From the human T2T-CHM13v2.0 reference genome, Homo sapiens: DNA of 64,000 nt. The DNA lies in the NCBI RefSeq assembly GCF_009914755.1, contig NC_060939.1. The stretch is one strand, 5' to 3'. A program made the position numbers and the translations under genes. The notes under the pieces are model-generated. The model was not told the DNA's origin and did not search any database. It was given only the letters and a program-made list of their open reading frames with translations. Below, one piece after another: positions 1-14,404 of this stretch (position 1 is its first letter; each line of letters starts with the position of its first letter).

Positions 1-240
1 CGCAGCTCACCAAGAAAACATGCAAGACATAAGGGAAATGATAATGAAAGAAACTAGGGAATCAGTACCCCAAACTCAAAATCTCTCTAAAGCATTTGAT
101 ATACAACAGGAGAGAGATGAGTGGGCTGTGAAATTCTTAGACTAAAGGAACAGAAGAGACAATATACAGGCCTAAATTTGGAAAATCCCCTGGGACAGCG
201 AATGTTAAAGCTCCATTTTGTCACTAAAAGTTGTCCAGAT
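1..240 (+). mobile_element. ERV1 (HERV-I/HERVIP10-like) internal gag capsid remnant, cut off by the L1 junction
   Basis: Translates, with one frameshift, to AAHQENMQDIREMIMKETRESVPQTQNLSKAFDIQQERDE..KFL / RLKEQKRQYTGLNLENPLGQRMLKLHFVTKSCPD. This resembles the gammaretrovirus-like capsid major homology region of HERV-I-group gag, recognised from memory. Confidence 0.75.
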
Positions 241-4272
<4,032 letters not shown>

Positions 4273-4599
4273 GAACCCAGCACAAAGCCAGTCTGCATGG
4301 CCTAGAGACATATTTTGCTGGATAATGATTACTTGATTTTCTTTTTGTTTTTGTTGCATTTTTCTGTTTGCTTAGTTCCTGACATACAAGAAAATCACTG
4401 TCAAAATATTAGCTTAACATTCGTTAAGGAAACAGAAAGACTTCAGTGACCACACCTTATAAAGCAAACAGTTTTGTAAATCACTTTGGAAAATTTCACT
4501 AAAATTAAAAACCTTAACAATATAATAAGTAAATAAATTTTAAAACCACAAAACATTAGTGTGTTTGTAGGGGGGGAGTCTGATTTACAGAGTAACTGC

Positions 4600-5065
4600 A
4601 TAGTAATTATAATTATTATAATGTCCAGTTTTCAAAAAAAGTTACAAGGCATACAAAGAATGGGAAAGTAAGGCTCATTCAAAGGAGAAAAATAAATTGA
4701 CAGAAAATATCTCTAAGGAAACCCAGACATCAAACTTACTAGACAAAGACTTTAAAACAACTCTCTTAATTATACTCAAATGTCAAAAAGAAAACATAAA
4801 CAAAGAAAGAAAGGAATCAGAAAAAATATTAAAAAGTAGGAATATCAGCAAAGAGATAACAGAAATTCTGGAGTGGAAAACTACAGTGATAAAAATTTAA
4901 AAATCACCAGGGCGATTTAAGAGTATATTTGCACACACAGAAGAAGTCATGAGCTTGAAGATAAGATAATGGAAAATATTGACTCTGAGAAACAGATAAA
5001 AAATGAGCAGAGACTAAGGAATCTGTGGGACATCATCAAATAGACCAACATTCATATTCTATAAG
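4600..5065 (+). mobile_element. Old L1M ORF1-region fragment (copy A)
   Basis: The peptide ENISKETQTSNLLDKDFKTT..EILEWKTT and the sequence GAATCTGTGGGACATCATCAAATAGACCAACAT are typical of ancient L1M ORF1. Confidence 0.65.
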
Positions 5066-5089
5066 GATAAATTACGTTGTTAAAAACTT

Positions 5090-5245
5090 TACCATTCCTT
5101 CTTTCCACCTTTCTTTCTTCCTTCCTCCCCCTCCTCCTCCTTTTTACTTTTCTTCCTCTTCCTTTCTCTTCTTCTTTCTCTCCTTCATTATCCCTTTCGC
5201 TCTGTTTCTTTTTCTCCCTTTCTCTTTTTCCTTTTCTTTCAATTT
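5090..5245. repeat. CT-rich low-complexity tract (paralogue at ~49705-49860)
   Basis: Nearly pure pyrimidine run on the top strand. Confidence 0.9.
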
Positions 5246-5974
5246 TCTCAATTACTAAGAGATGTTTAAATACCCTTACCATGTTAGTAGATATGGTTAT
5301 TTCTCCCTTTAGTTTTTTGAGATTTATAGTCACTCTAAGTAAAGAGATAACCCAAACATAAGCCTCACAAACAGGCGTCCATACCATTCTTATTTGATCC
5401 TGTCATTCTTCATTGCTGTATTAACTTTCTGATGCTTTTAAGGATGTTTTTATAACAAATTGTTTAGTTTTTTCCAATGGAATGTTTATTCTGAATTATC
5501 TAATTCATATTGTAAGTATAGAGGGAGTTTAATATAAAATTATTAAACTAATATTTGTGAAAGAATGTATTTGTGCATTTAACAAATATGTTAATCCTCA
5601 AACTGTTATTGGGCAGCTGAGCATACAGCAATAAAAATAACATAATTTTTATGTGTACAATATTTATGGAATACGTTACTGAACCAAATAAATAATTTAG
5701 TTAATAACATGACAAAGAACAGAAATTGTATACACTATAGAGCATAGTAATGGAATAATGAATGATTAAAGTTATTAATATTAGGTAGAAAATGAAGGGT
5801 ATCTTTGAGAGCAGAACTCAAGGAAGCAAGCAATTCACCTTATGAGGAAAGAGTTACCTGTGGATAAAGGAGAAACTGAAAAATTTACAAGTCAAGACTT
5901 TTTGAGCAAAAACAAAAATATGACTATTAGTCACCAATTCAGTACAGTGAAAAAAAAGTTGAAGAGATATCTTG

Positions 5975-6400
5975 GAAGTAAACCATGTTGTGGAAGAGCA
6001 TGTAGGGTTTTGATAATCATGGGATGATTCTGAAGTAATTTTAAATGCGATAGGAATATATGAGATAATTTCACCAGAGAATAACATGATTGTGTTTGCA
6101 TTTCAAAGGGGTGCATCTGGTGCACTGTTTAGAATAAATAGGTTATGTGACCAAATAAATTGGGAGGCTACTCTAATCCAGAGAAAAAAGGTAGTGACTT
6201 AGGAGAGAATGCTGTTAATATGAGTGGTATTAGTGGTGAGAAGTCGTTAGGCCATGGATGTATTTCATAGGACTGGCCAAGAGAACTACAGCTAAATTGG
6301 AGTGTAGGGAGTGAAATGGAGAACTCAAAGATGACTCTCAGCACTGGAAGGTGACAGCTGCCACTGAAGCATGCTGATGCCTCTTATTAAGAGAGTTACT
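5975..6400. mobile_element. Probable L2 fragment (paralogue at ~50590-51010)
   Basis: Degenerate L2-like motifs such as GGAGGCTACTCTAATCCAG and TCAAAGATGACTC. Confidence 0.5.
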
Positions 6401-8761
6401 TGGGAATGGCAAGATCAAAACTTTTCACTTTCAAATTTATGAAAAATATTGTTTTCAGAACGAATGACTTTGGGATCAGAAAGCCACCATTCTAATTGAT
6501 GGTTCCATGACTACACAGGCTCACACTCCCAAGAGCAAAAGTAAATCATCACAAAAGTCCTTCCTGATAATTCTAGAGAATGGAGAATTACTGTAACATC
6601 TTTCTGATTTTAGGAGAGGCAGCAGTTCCTTTTTTAGCCCAAACGATATTTTTTTTAAAGCTCAGCCAAAAGACTCCATTATAATTTTCAAATGTGTGTA
6701 ACTTAAATTCTCATATTAAATACCACTATGCTTAAATTAGTCAAAACATTTTCCCCATCTACAACTCTATCTTTTCATTGCAATCATTTTCACAAAAGTG
6801 ACTGCAGCTCACAGACCCTAAAAGGGGAAAATCCAGAGTAGGTTATCTGATCTAGTTAGTTTTGAAGACAGGATCTAGAGATTATTTAATATGAAATAGG
6901 TCACCTGAAATGAAGTGTTTACTGAAAACAGCTTGGATCGGCCCAGTTTTCTACCACTGAACCATGCATTTGGTTTAAAAAACACAACAACTCTGGGGAA
7001 TATCGGCTGCTTCCAACTGTGTTGAAGGTGTTAAAGAAAAGAGCATAAAATTAAAAATGATCATCTGAGGCCTTTATAGTCTCTGTTCAAGAGACTAGAG
7101 TCTTCCATTCTTAACGAAACACCCAAATATCTTAATAATTGGGCAAAATCTAAATATCAGAGAGATAATTTTATCTTAATGATCATTAAATTATAATTGC
7201 GATTCAGACCTTGCTACGTCTCTGAGTCAAAAATTAGATCTTTGTTTAGGAATCAGTGGTACTCTGCAACTTGGAAATAGGAAGATTTTAGAAGACTCAA
7301 ACATTGACTTTCTTGTGTGCAAAAAAAAAGACGTATTGAGATAAGACAAGTCTTTCCTTGCAAGGATACCTCTATGCTCATACAACACCTCCCCTAACGT
7401 TACTATAGCTTCCAGGTCACTAACCAGTGTCAGAGAGCAGCCTATGCAACTACAAATTCAAAAGATGTGGAACATAGGGTCAAGCCTAGAATAAGAAGTC
7501 TTAGCTAATTAAGTATGCTTTTTCCCCCAAATTCATATTAACAAAAACTTGGATATGTCAGAGAATGCATTCTAAGTTCACTCAACCTAGGAGGGAGAAA
7601 CATAATTTTAAATTAAGAGCTGAAACATTGTTCTCCTAACAAAAAGCAAGGAAAATGATATATCACACCACAGGAGGGATTTCACAAATTAGTGTCAATA
7701 TCAAAACCTTAAAATACGCAAGGAAAATGCAGATTCACAATGAACTCTTGTACTTGTTTTGTTCAGAAAAGAGATGGTTCTGAGAGAACGACAGTGAACT
7801 AACCCCAGCTGGTTTAGTTGGTGCTTTCAACTGCTGCTTCTGATCAACTCCTTTAGCTAGAATAAATTGATGAGGATTTTGGCATGTGGTATTAGAGATG
7901 GTTATTAATTTTTTCCTCTTATTTGCGTTGTTCAATGTAGTAAATACTAGCTGTATATGGCTACTTCAATTCAAATTATTACAATGAAATATACTTCAAT
8001 ATTGAATTTTTTAGTCACTCTTGGTTCATTATTGAATATCTTCAGCTAAGATTTCCCATCTAAATACACTAAGAGGTGGCTTAGTTAACTGGTCGTTCAC
8101 AAATATTGACGATGTTGTTAACTCCTGATATATTCTCTGCAAAGAGAATATTCATGAGCCTCCTCCTGAAATCAGCAGCCTAGAGATAGTTTTATAAATT
8201 GGATACAAGTTGGAAATCTATATACTCTTTAAGTTTTTGAAATATTAGCTTCCCAGGGAAGAAAATCAAATTCATAAGATATGTTAGGACAATTTAACTC
8301 CAGATGTTCAAAACTGAAATGACATATTCTACAATATGTGATAAAACCACCCCCTAACAACTTAAAGCAAAACAGGGATTGACCTTAAAGACCTGCCTTT
8401 TCCTCATCTCTCAGCCAATCAGTTTTCAAATCTTGCATTTTATTTTGAAATGTACTTATCCCCCTAGTCTGTTGTTTCTAGACTTGGCACATATTTAAGT
8501 TTGTTTCCTCTATCTACTGACTTTCCTCTCTTCAAACAGTATCTATGCCTGCCAAATGTGAACATACAAAAAACTAATCAGAATGTGCCATTCTGATTTA
8601 AACTGATTATTAGTTAATACTCTCAAGATAACATCTGGGTTCTTAGCTGCACTGAATCAAGCCTACTTACATCTTTTTTTTTTGTCTTCGGCTGCACTTT
8701 TCCTATCACATCACACCCCAGCAATGACAAGCTGTGCGGGCCTTCTACCCCATTTCCACTA

Positions 8762-9085
8762 TTTTACCCCTGCCGCCATGGCTTTTTCCGCGCTCCCGCG
8801 GCTTTTTGCCCCGCCGCGGCGGGTTTTTGCCGCCGTGGCTTTTTGCCCGCGCCACCGCTGCTTTTTGCACCTTTTTGCCCCCGCCGCCGCGACATTATAT
8901 GGTTTTTTGCTCCCACTGCTTTTTGCCCCCGCCTCCGCGGCTTTTTGCCTCCCCGGCTTTTTGCCCCCGCCGCCGCGACTTTTTCCCCGCCGCGACTTTT
9001 TGCCCCCGTCGCCTCCGCTTTTTGCCCCCGCCGCAGCGGCTTTTTGTCCCCGCCACCGAGGATTTTTGTCCCCGCCGCCGCGGCT
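8762..9085. repeat. GC-rich tandem array, copy A; unit approximately TTTTTGCCCCCGCCGCCGCGGC (CAAAAAGCCGCGG on the minus strand)
   Basis: Degenerate ~17-25 nt units alternating T tracts with CCG-rich segments. Resembles the CAAAAAGCGGG-type GC-rich repeats described at pericentromeric duplication boundaries. Confidence 0.92.
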
Positions 9086-9455
9086 CTGAGGGGGGGAGCA
9101 GCAGACTCGGCTGCCAGCTCTACTGGTGTCTTGGCAAGGGCAGCGCCGAGGGGCGCTCCTGGTCCAGCTCTCCTGGCTCAGGGGGTTCCTTGCCTAGGCG
9201 CTGGCACCCCGGGCTCCCTGCCTAGGCCCCTGTGGCCTGCATAGAGCGGCGCTGCACGCGGAGGCGATGGGAGAGAAGAAGGAGGGCGGTGGCAGGGGTG
9301 AAGCGGAGGGTGGTGCAGGGGCTGCGGCCAGCCGGGCACTGCAGCAGTGCGGGCAGCTCCAGAAGCTCATCGTCATCTTCATTGGCAGCCTGTGGGGGCT
9401 GTGCAGCAAGTGCGCTGTGTCCAACGACCTCACCCAGCAGGAGATAGGGACCCTG

Positions 9456-9464
9456 GAGGTAAGG
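9456..9464 (+). promoter_or_regulatory. 5' splice donor of the KSR1-like exon 1
   Basis: GAG|GTAAGG (GT at 9459-9460) lies exactly where protein homology ends. Confidence 0.88.
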
Positions 9465-10286
9465 GGTTCGGGGACCCGGGCTGGGCTCCAGGAGCGGCCC
9501 GGACACCTCCTTCAGGGCCCCAGTTCACTCCTGGCAGAGTTGCATCCTTGAGCCCGAGTCACCCCCTTGGAGGCTTCCCCTCCCTCCTGCACTCGCTGAT
9601 GCGGCAGCCAGAGGACCCGGGACCAACCCTCACCTTGGGCAGGATTTGTGGAGCGGGTGCGTGGTGGGAAATGGGATGGAGGCTCCAGGGTCCCATGGGG
9701 GTGGGGGTGGGCTGCGCGCGGACATCCTCTTACCCCCTGAATTTCCATCTGGTCCAGCCCTCTCATCTTGTAGGTGAGGAAACCAAAGGCCTGAGGGAGA
9801 ACTGACTTGCCAGGAACCCCTGTTAAGGAGAATTAACAAAGTGTGTTTATTAAAGAAGAACTAAGTTGGGAGTCAGACCTGGAGGCCTGCGCCCTTGGTT
9901 AAGACATTACACCACCTTGAGTCTGGCCTGTTGACTGAGGGTGAGCCACTCCATCCTCGTCTGATTGTGGGGTCTTGACCCCAAGGGGTTTCCTGCAGGA
10001 AGAAGCAAATGGGTTTGCTTTCCTAGCTCTGTCCAGTACCTTAGGGACTCTGAGGACTGAAGAGATTCTTGGAGAGCCATCTGGTGTATGTCATGGGTGG
10101 GCCTTTTTTGAAGGTCAGTCTACCCAGTGGGCTGGCTCAGCCCGAATGAACTGTCTTGAATCTTTGGAGTTGTCTGTGTACTTTTAAGGGCTTCTCAGCC
10201 TTGCACCAAAAGATCCCCCTGGAAATTAGGTGGGAAAACCTTAACTTTTGTGGGGCCTTGTGTTTGTCTTAAAAGTTCATGCACAT

Positions 10287-10550
10287 GGCCAGGTGTGGTG
10301 GCTCCCACCTGTTATCCTGTCCTGGATCCCTTAAGTCAAGGAGTTTGAGACCAACCTGGACAATATAGTGAGACCCCATCTCTACAAAAAATAAAATATT
10401 AGCCAGGGGTGGTTGTGCGCATCTGTAGTCCCAGCTACTACTGTGGCTGAGGTGGGAGGAGCACTTGATCCTGCACTGAGCTGTGATCTCACCAGTGTAC
10501 TCCAGCCTGGGCCACAGAGCAAGACCGTGACTCAAAAAAAAAAAAAAAAA
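10287..10550 (+). mobile_element. AluJ-type SINE with internal deletions
   Basis: GGCCAGGTGTGGTGGCTC start, A-rich linker, right arm and poly(A) tail. Confidence 0.9.
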
Positions 10551-10669
10551 GACAAGAAAAATTCTTGAAGATTTTGCATTCTGTCCCACTATCTGTTGGT
10601 TTTCATGTCAAGATAATGTCAGAAATTCTTTACAATTGCTTCCAGAAGGAGTAGCCTTTTGATCTAGTG

Positions 10670-10863
10670 CACAGGTGTCCAGTCTTTTGGCTTCTCAGGG
10701 CCACATTGGAAGAAGAATGCTCCTGGGCCACACACAAAATACACTAATGCTGACAACAGCTGATGAGCTTAAAAAAAAAAAAAGGTTTATACATAATTTT
10801 CATGATACCCACCACCACAGATAGGCAGAAAAGTCCTTGTAGTCAAAGGGTTGGACACAGCTG
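10670..10863 (+). mobile_element. MER30-like hAT non-autonomous DNA transposon
   Basis: GGTGTCCAGTCTTTTGGCTTC..GGGCCACATTGGAAGAAGA and terminal GGGTTGGACACAGCTG. The 8-bp target site duplication (TSD) is ATCTAGTG (10662-10669) / ATCTAGTA (10864-10871). Confidence 0.85.
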
Positions 10864-11227
10864 ATCTAGTATCTTGTCGTCCGTTTTGCTTTCTCCCTGA
10901 TTCCAGAATGCAGGTAGAGATGTAGAGACATGCTCTCAGGACAGTTGTTGAGATAAAAAAATTCGTTGTCATTTATTCCCAAGCACAACTGGTTCTCATT
11001 GCATTGAAAAATTCTCCGTTCAAACTGCTGTCACATATAAAATCTATTTATGTAAGTCTGTATTTTTCTGTTGTCTTGGTCTTTGTAGGCAGTAGTGTGT
11101 TTTAACCGAGCAAACTGTCCTTCCAAATAATGAAGCCGAAGTCAGCCTACCTGCTTGCCATTTTTCTTCCCCTTCCATTTTTGTAACCTCAGAATAATTG
11201 TAAGAATGAATTAAGATTTGTGTTTAA

Positions 11228-11379
11228 GGCCAGGCACAGTGTCTCAGGCCTGTAATCTCAGCACTTTGGGAGGCGGAGACGGATGTACCGCTTGAGCTCA
11301 GGAGTTGAAGACCAGCCTGGGCAACATACTGAGACTCCGTCTTGTATAATTTAATTAAAATTTAAAAAAAGAAGAGAAA
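11228..11379 (+). mobile_element. FLAM / free left Alu monomer
   Basis: Single Alu arm with an A-rich tail. TSD-like AAGATTTGTGTTTAA / AAGACCTGTGTTTAA. Confidence 0.85.
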
Positions 11380-12246
11380 AAGACCTGTGTTTAAAATTTA
11401 AAAAAAGGGGGGAAAGTGTAATGCAAAATGTGGACTATGCCAGCTATGATTGGGAAAACTAGTTTCTCATACAGCATTATCTGTAGACTTGTATTAGCAG
11501 CATACTGGTCATAAGCGTTTTGCTTTCCTCAAATATGATGAGGTAAGCTAATTTAAAGTGTGTTGAGGCTTTCTGCCGCGTGGCTCCTGGAGGTGTTGAG
11601 TCCCAATTTAGCCAATTAATTTGGGTTTAGTTTTGATATGGATAAGGGAGACCAGCTTCATTCATGGTGTACACACAGTTTTGCCAATAAGGAAAAAAAA
11701 AGCCACCTGAATATTCCTACTCATTAGATGCTAGCTGGAGAGCTCCTACCCCACCCCCACCAAGGCCCGGGCCATTAAAAAGACTCAATGCAGCCTTTCT
11801 GTATCTCATACTGTATTCTGCAAGATACTCCTGTGAAAGAAAGTTGTGCTGCATCAGCCATCTCCCTCCTGAAGATCCCTGCGGATGAGGATTTGTGTTT
11901 TGAAGGTTCTGAGAATTCCTGCAACAACAATTCTCAAACTTATTTGTCCAGGGGATCTTTTCTTCCACTGAATGTAGTTGGGGAGACACGGCCTTAAGCC
12001 TTGAGCAGAGAAAGAGACGAGAAACTGTTGGCTCACTTACAACCAAGTGTTGTGTTTATGTTTTAGGTTTTTATGAAACTGAGGTGCTGTTTGAGGTTCT
12101 AAGTGAAATTGGGTGGTTGAAGAGAGGCTGGTATCCCTGTAGACTTAGCCAGCCATGAGAAGTTGCCTTTTGTTGAAGGAGGTGTTTTACAAAGGGAAAT
12201 AGGGTGTCTCCTGGGCATTGCATTAGCACTTAAATACATGTATCAC

Positions 12247-13938
12247 TGAAATGAAATGAAATGATGAAATGATGAAATGAAGAAACGAAATGATGAAATG
12301 AAGAAATGAAATATGAGATGAAATGATGAAAGGATGAAATGAAATGAAATGATGAAATGGAATGATGAAATGAAATGATGAAATGATGACATGAAATGGT
12401 GAAATGAAATGAAATTGAAATAATGAAATGAAATGATGAAATGATGAAATGAAATGAAAAGATGAAATGATGAATTGAGGAAATGATATGAAATGATGAA
12501 ATGAAATGATGAAATGAAGTGAATGATGAAATGATGAAATAATGAAATGAAATGATGAATTGATGAAATGAAATGATGAAATGAGATGAAAAGGTGAAAT
12601 GAAATGAAATGATTAAATGAAATGAGGACATGAAAAGATGAAATGAAATGATGAGATGAAATGAAATCACGAGATGAAATGATGAAATGAAATCATGAGA
12701 TGAAATGATGAGATGAAGTGAAATGATGAAATGAAATGATGAGATGAAATGAAATAATGCAATGAAAGATGAAATGATGAGATGAAGTGAAATGATGAAA
12801 TGATGAAATGTAATGAAATGATGAAATGGAATGATGAAATGAAATGATGAAATGAAATGGTGAAATGAAATGAGGAAATGAAATGAAATGAAAAGATCAA
12901 ATGGTGAAATGAAGAAATGATATGAAATGATGAAATGGAATGATGAAATGAAGTGAAATGATTAAATGATGAAATAATGAAATGAAATGATGAAATGATG
13001 AATTGATGAAATGAAATGATCAAATGAAATGACGAGATGAAAAGATGAAATGAAATGAAATGATGAAATGAAATGACGAGATGAAAAGATGAAATGAGAT
13101 GAAATGATAAGATGAAATGAAATCATGAGATGATGAAATGATGAGATGAAGTGAAATGATGAAATGAAATGACAAAATGCAACAATGAGAAGAAATGATG
13201 AAATGAAATAATGAAATGAAAGGATGAAATGATGAGATGAAATGAAAGGATGAAATGAAATGATGAAATGAGGAAATGAAATGAAGTGAAATGATGAAAT
13301 GATGGAATAAAAGATGAAATGATGAAATGATATGAAATGATGAAATGATGACATGAAGTTAAATGATGAAATGATGAAATAAATGAAATGAGATGAAAAG
13401 ATGAAATGATGAAATGATGAGATGAAATGAAATGAGATGGAATCATGAGATGAAATGATGAAATGACGAAATGAAATGTTGAGATGAAGTGATGAAATGA
13501 AATGATGAAATGATGAAATGAAATGTTGAGATGAAGTGATGAAATGAAATGAAACAATGAAATGAAGTGAAATGAAATGAGATGAAATGATGAATTGATG
13601 AAATGAAATGAGATGAAAAGACGAAATGATGAAATGATGAGATGAAAAGATGAAATGATGAGATGAAATGAAATCATGAGATGAAATGATGAGATGAAGT
13701 GAAATGATGAAATGAAACGAAATGTTGAGATGAAATGATGAAATGAAATGAAAGAATGAAATGAAATGATAAAATGATGAGATGAAATGATGAAATGAAA
13801 GGATGAAATGAAATGATAAAACGAGGAAATGAGATGAAATGATGAAATGAAAGGATGAAATCAAATGATGAAATGAGGAAATGAAATGAAACGAGGAAAT
13901 GAAATGAAATAATGAAATGAAATGATGAAATAGATGAA
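12247..13938. repeat. ~1.7 kb satellite-like array built from GAAAT, GAT, GAGAT and GAAAAGAT units
   Basis: Directly visible. The top strand is almost C-free. Confidence 0.97.
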
Positions 13939-14032
13939 CCAAAAATACTTATTCATTTTTTTTCTTTGCATCCTTCTAAGAGTATTTTAGTGAGGTTAAT
14001 TTCTAAAAATAAATTGCTATTCAATGACTATA

Positions 14033-14404
14033 CAGTTGGCCTTTGCACCACAGGGGTTTGAACTGTGCACGTCCACTTAGCAAAACCAACAATTCTACAT
14101 CCTTCTCCACACCCTGCCCATGAAAAGGATGAGGATGAAGACCTGTTTGATCATCTACTTCCATTTAATAACTAGTAAATATATTTTCCTTATGATTTTC
14201 TTTTTTCTTTTCTCTGGCATGTTTGTTAAGAATACAGTATATAAGACATATAACATATTAAATATGTGTTAATTGACTGTGTTATTTGTAAGGCTTACAG
14301 TAGGCTATTAGTAGTTAAGTTTTGGGGGAGTCAAAGTTATAGTGGACTTTCTACTGTGCAGGGGGGCCAGCACCCCAACCTCCATGTTGCTTAAGGGTCA
14401 ACTG
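14033..14404. mobile_element. Tigger2a (MER28)-like Tc1/pogo non-autonomous element
   Basis: TA|CAGTTGGCCTTTG...AAGGGTCAACTG|TA terminal inverted repeats with a TA TSD. Internal GATGAGGATGAAGACC motif. Confidence 0.85.

Larger units (their letters stand above)
9086..12246 (+). pseudogene. KSR1: Unprocessed partial duplicate of KSR1 (5' region, exon 1, probable start of intron 1); KSR1P-type pseudogene fragment
   Basis: Frame 9237-9458 reads [74 protein letters not shown]. The KSR1 N-terminus (recalled) is [77 protein letters not shown]. Homology stops at a donor site GAG|GTAAGG. The downstream extent to 12246 is inferred from the composition change at the satellite. Confidence 0.9.

Noticed and set aside
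5842-6027. 61-aa ORF identical to 50454-50639, suggesting conservation
   Set aside because: Identity is explained by the recent duplication. Flanking non-coding DNA is similarly conserved, and there is no recognisable domain.
8762-9085. CRISPR-like repeat-spacer array
   Set aside because: There are no unique spacers, the units are degenerate tandem copies, and the DNA is primate.
9237-9551. The functional KSR1 gene
   Set aside because: The Met1 codon is altered, there are several non-conservative changes, no downstream KSR1 exons were recognised, and the fragment is bounded by tandem arrays.
12247-13938. Classical HSat2/HSat3
   Set aside because: The dominant pentamer is GAAAT. GGAAT is rare and the HSat2 CGAAT motif is not evident.
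12230-13942. Minus-strand Ser/Phe/His/Ile-rich ORFs up to 326 aa
   Set aside because: Translations of the GAAAT satellite.
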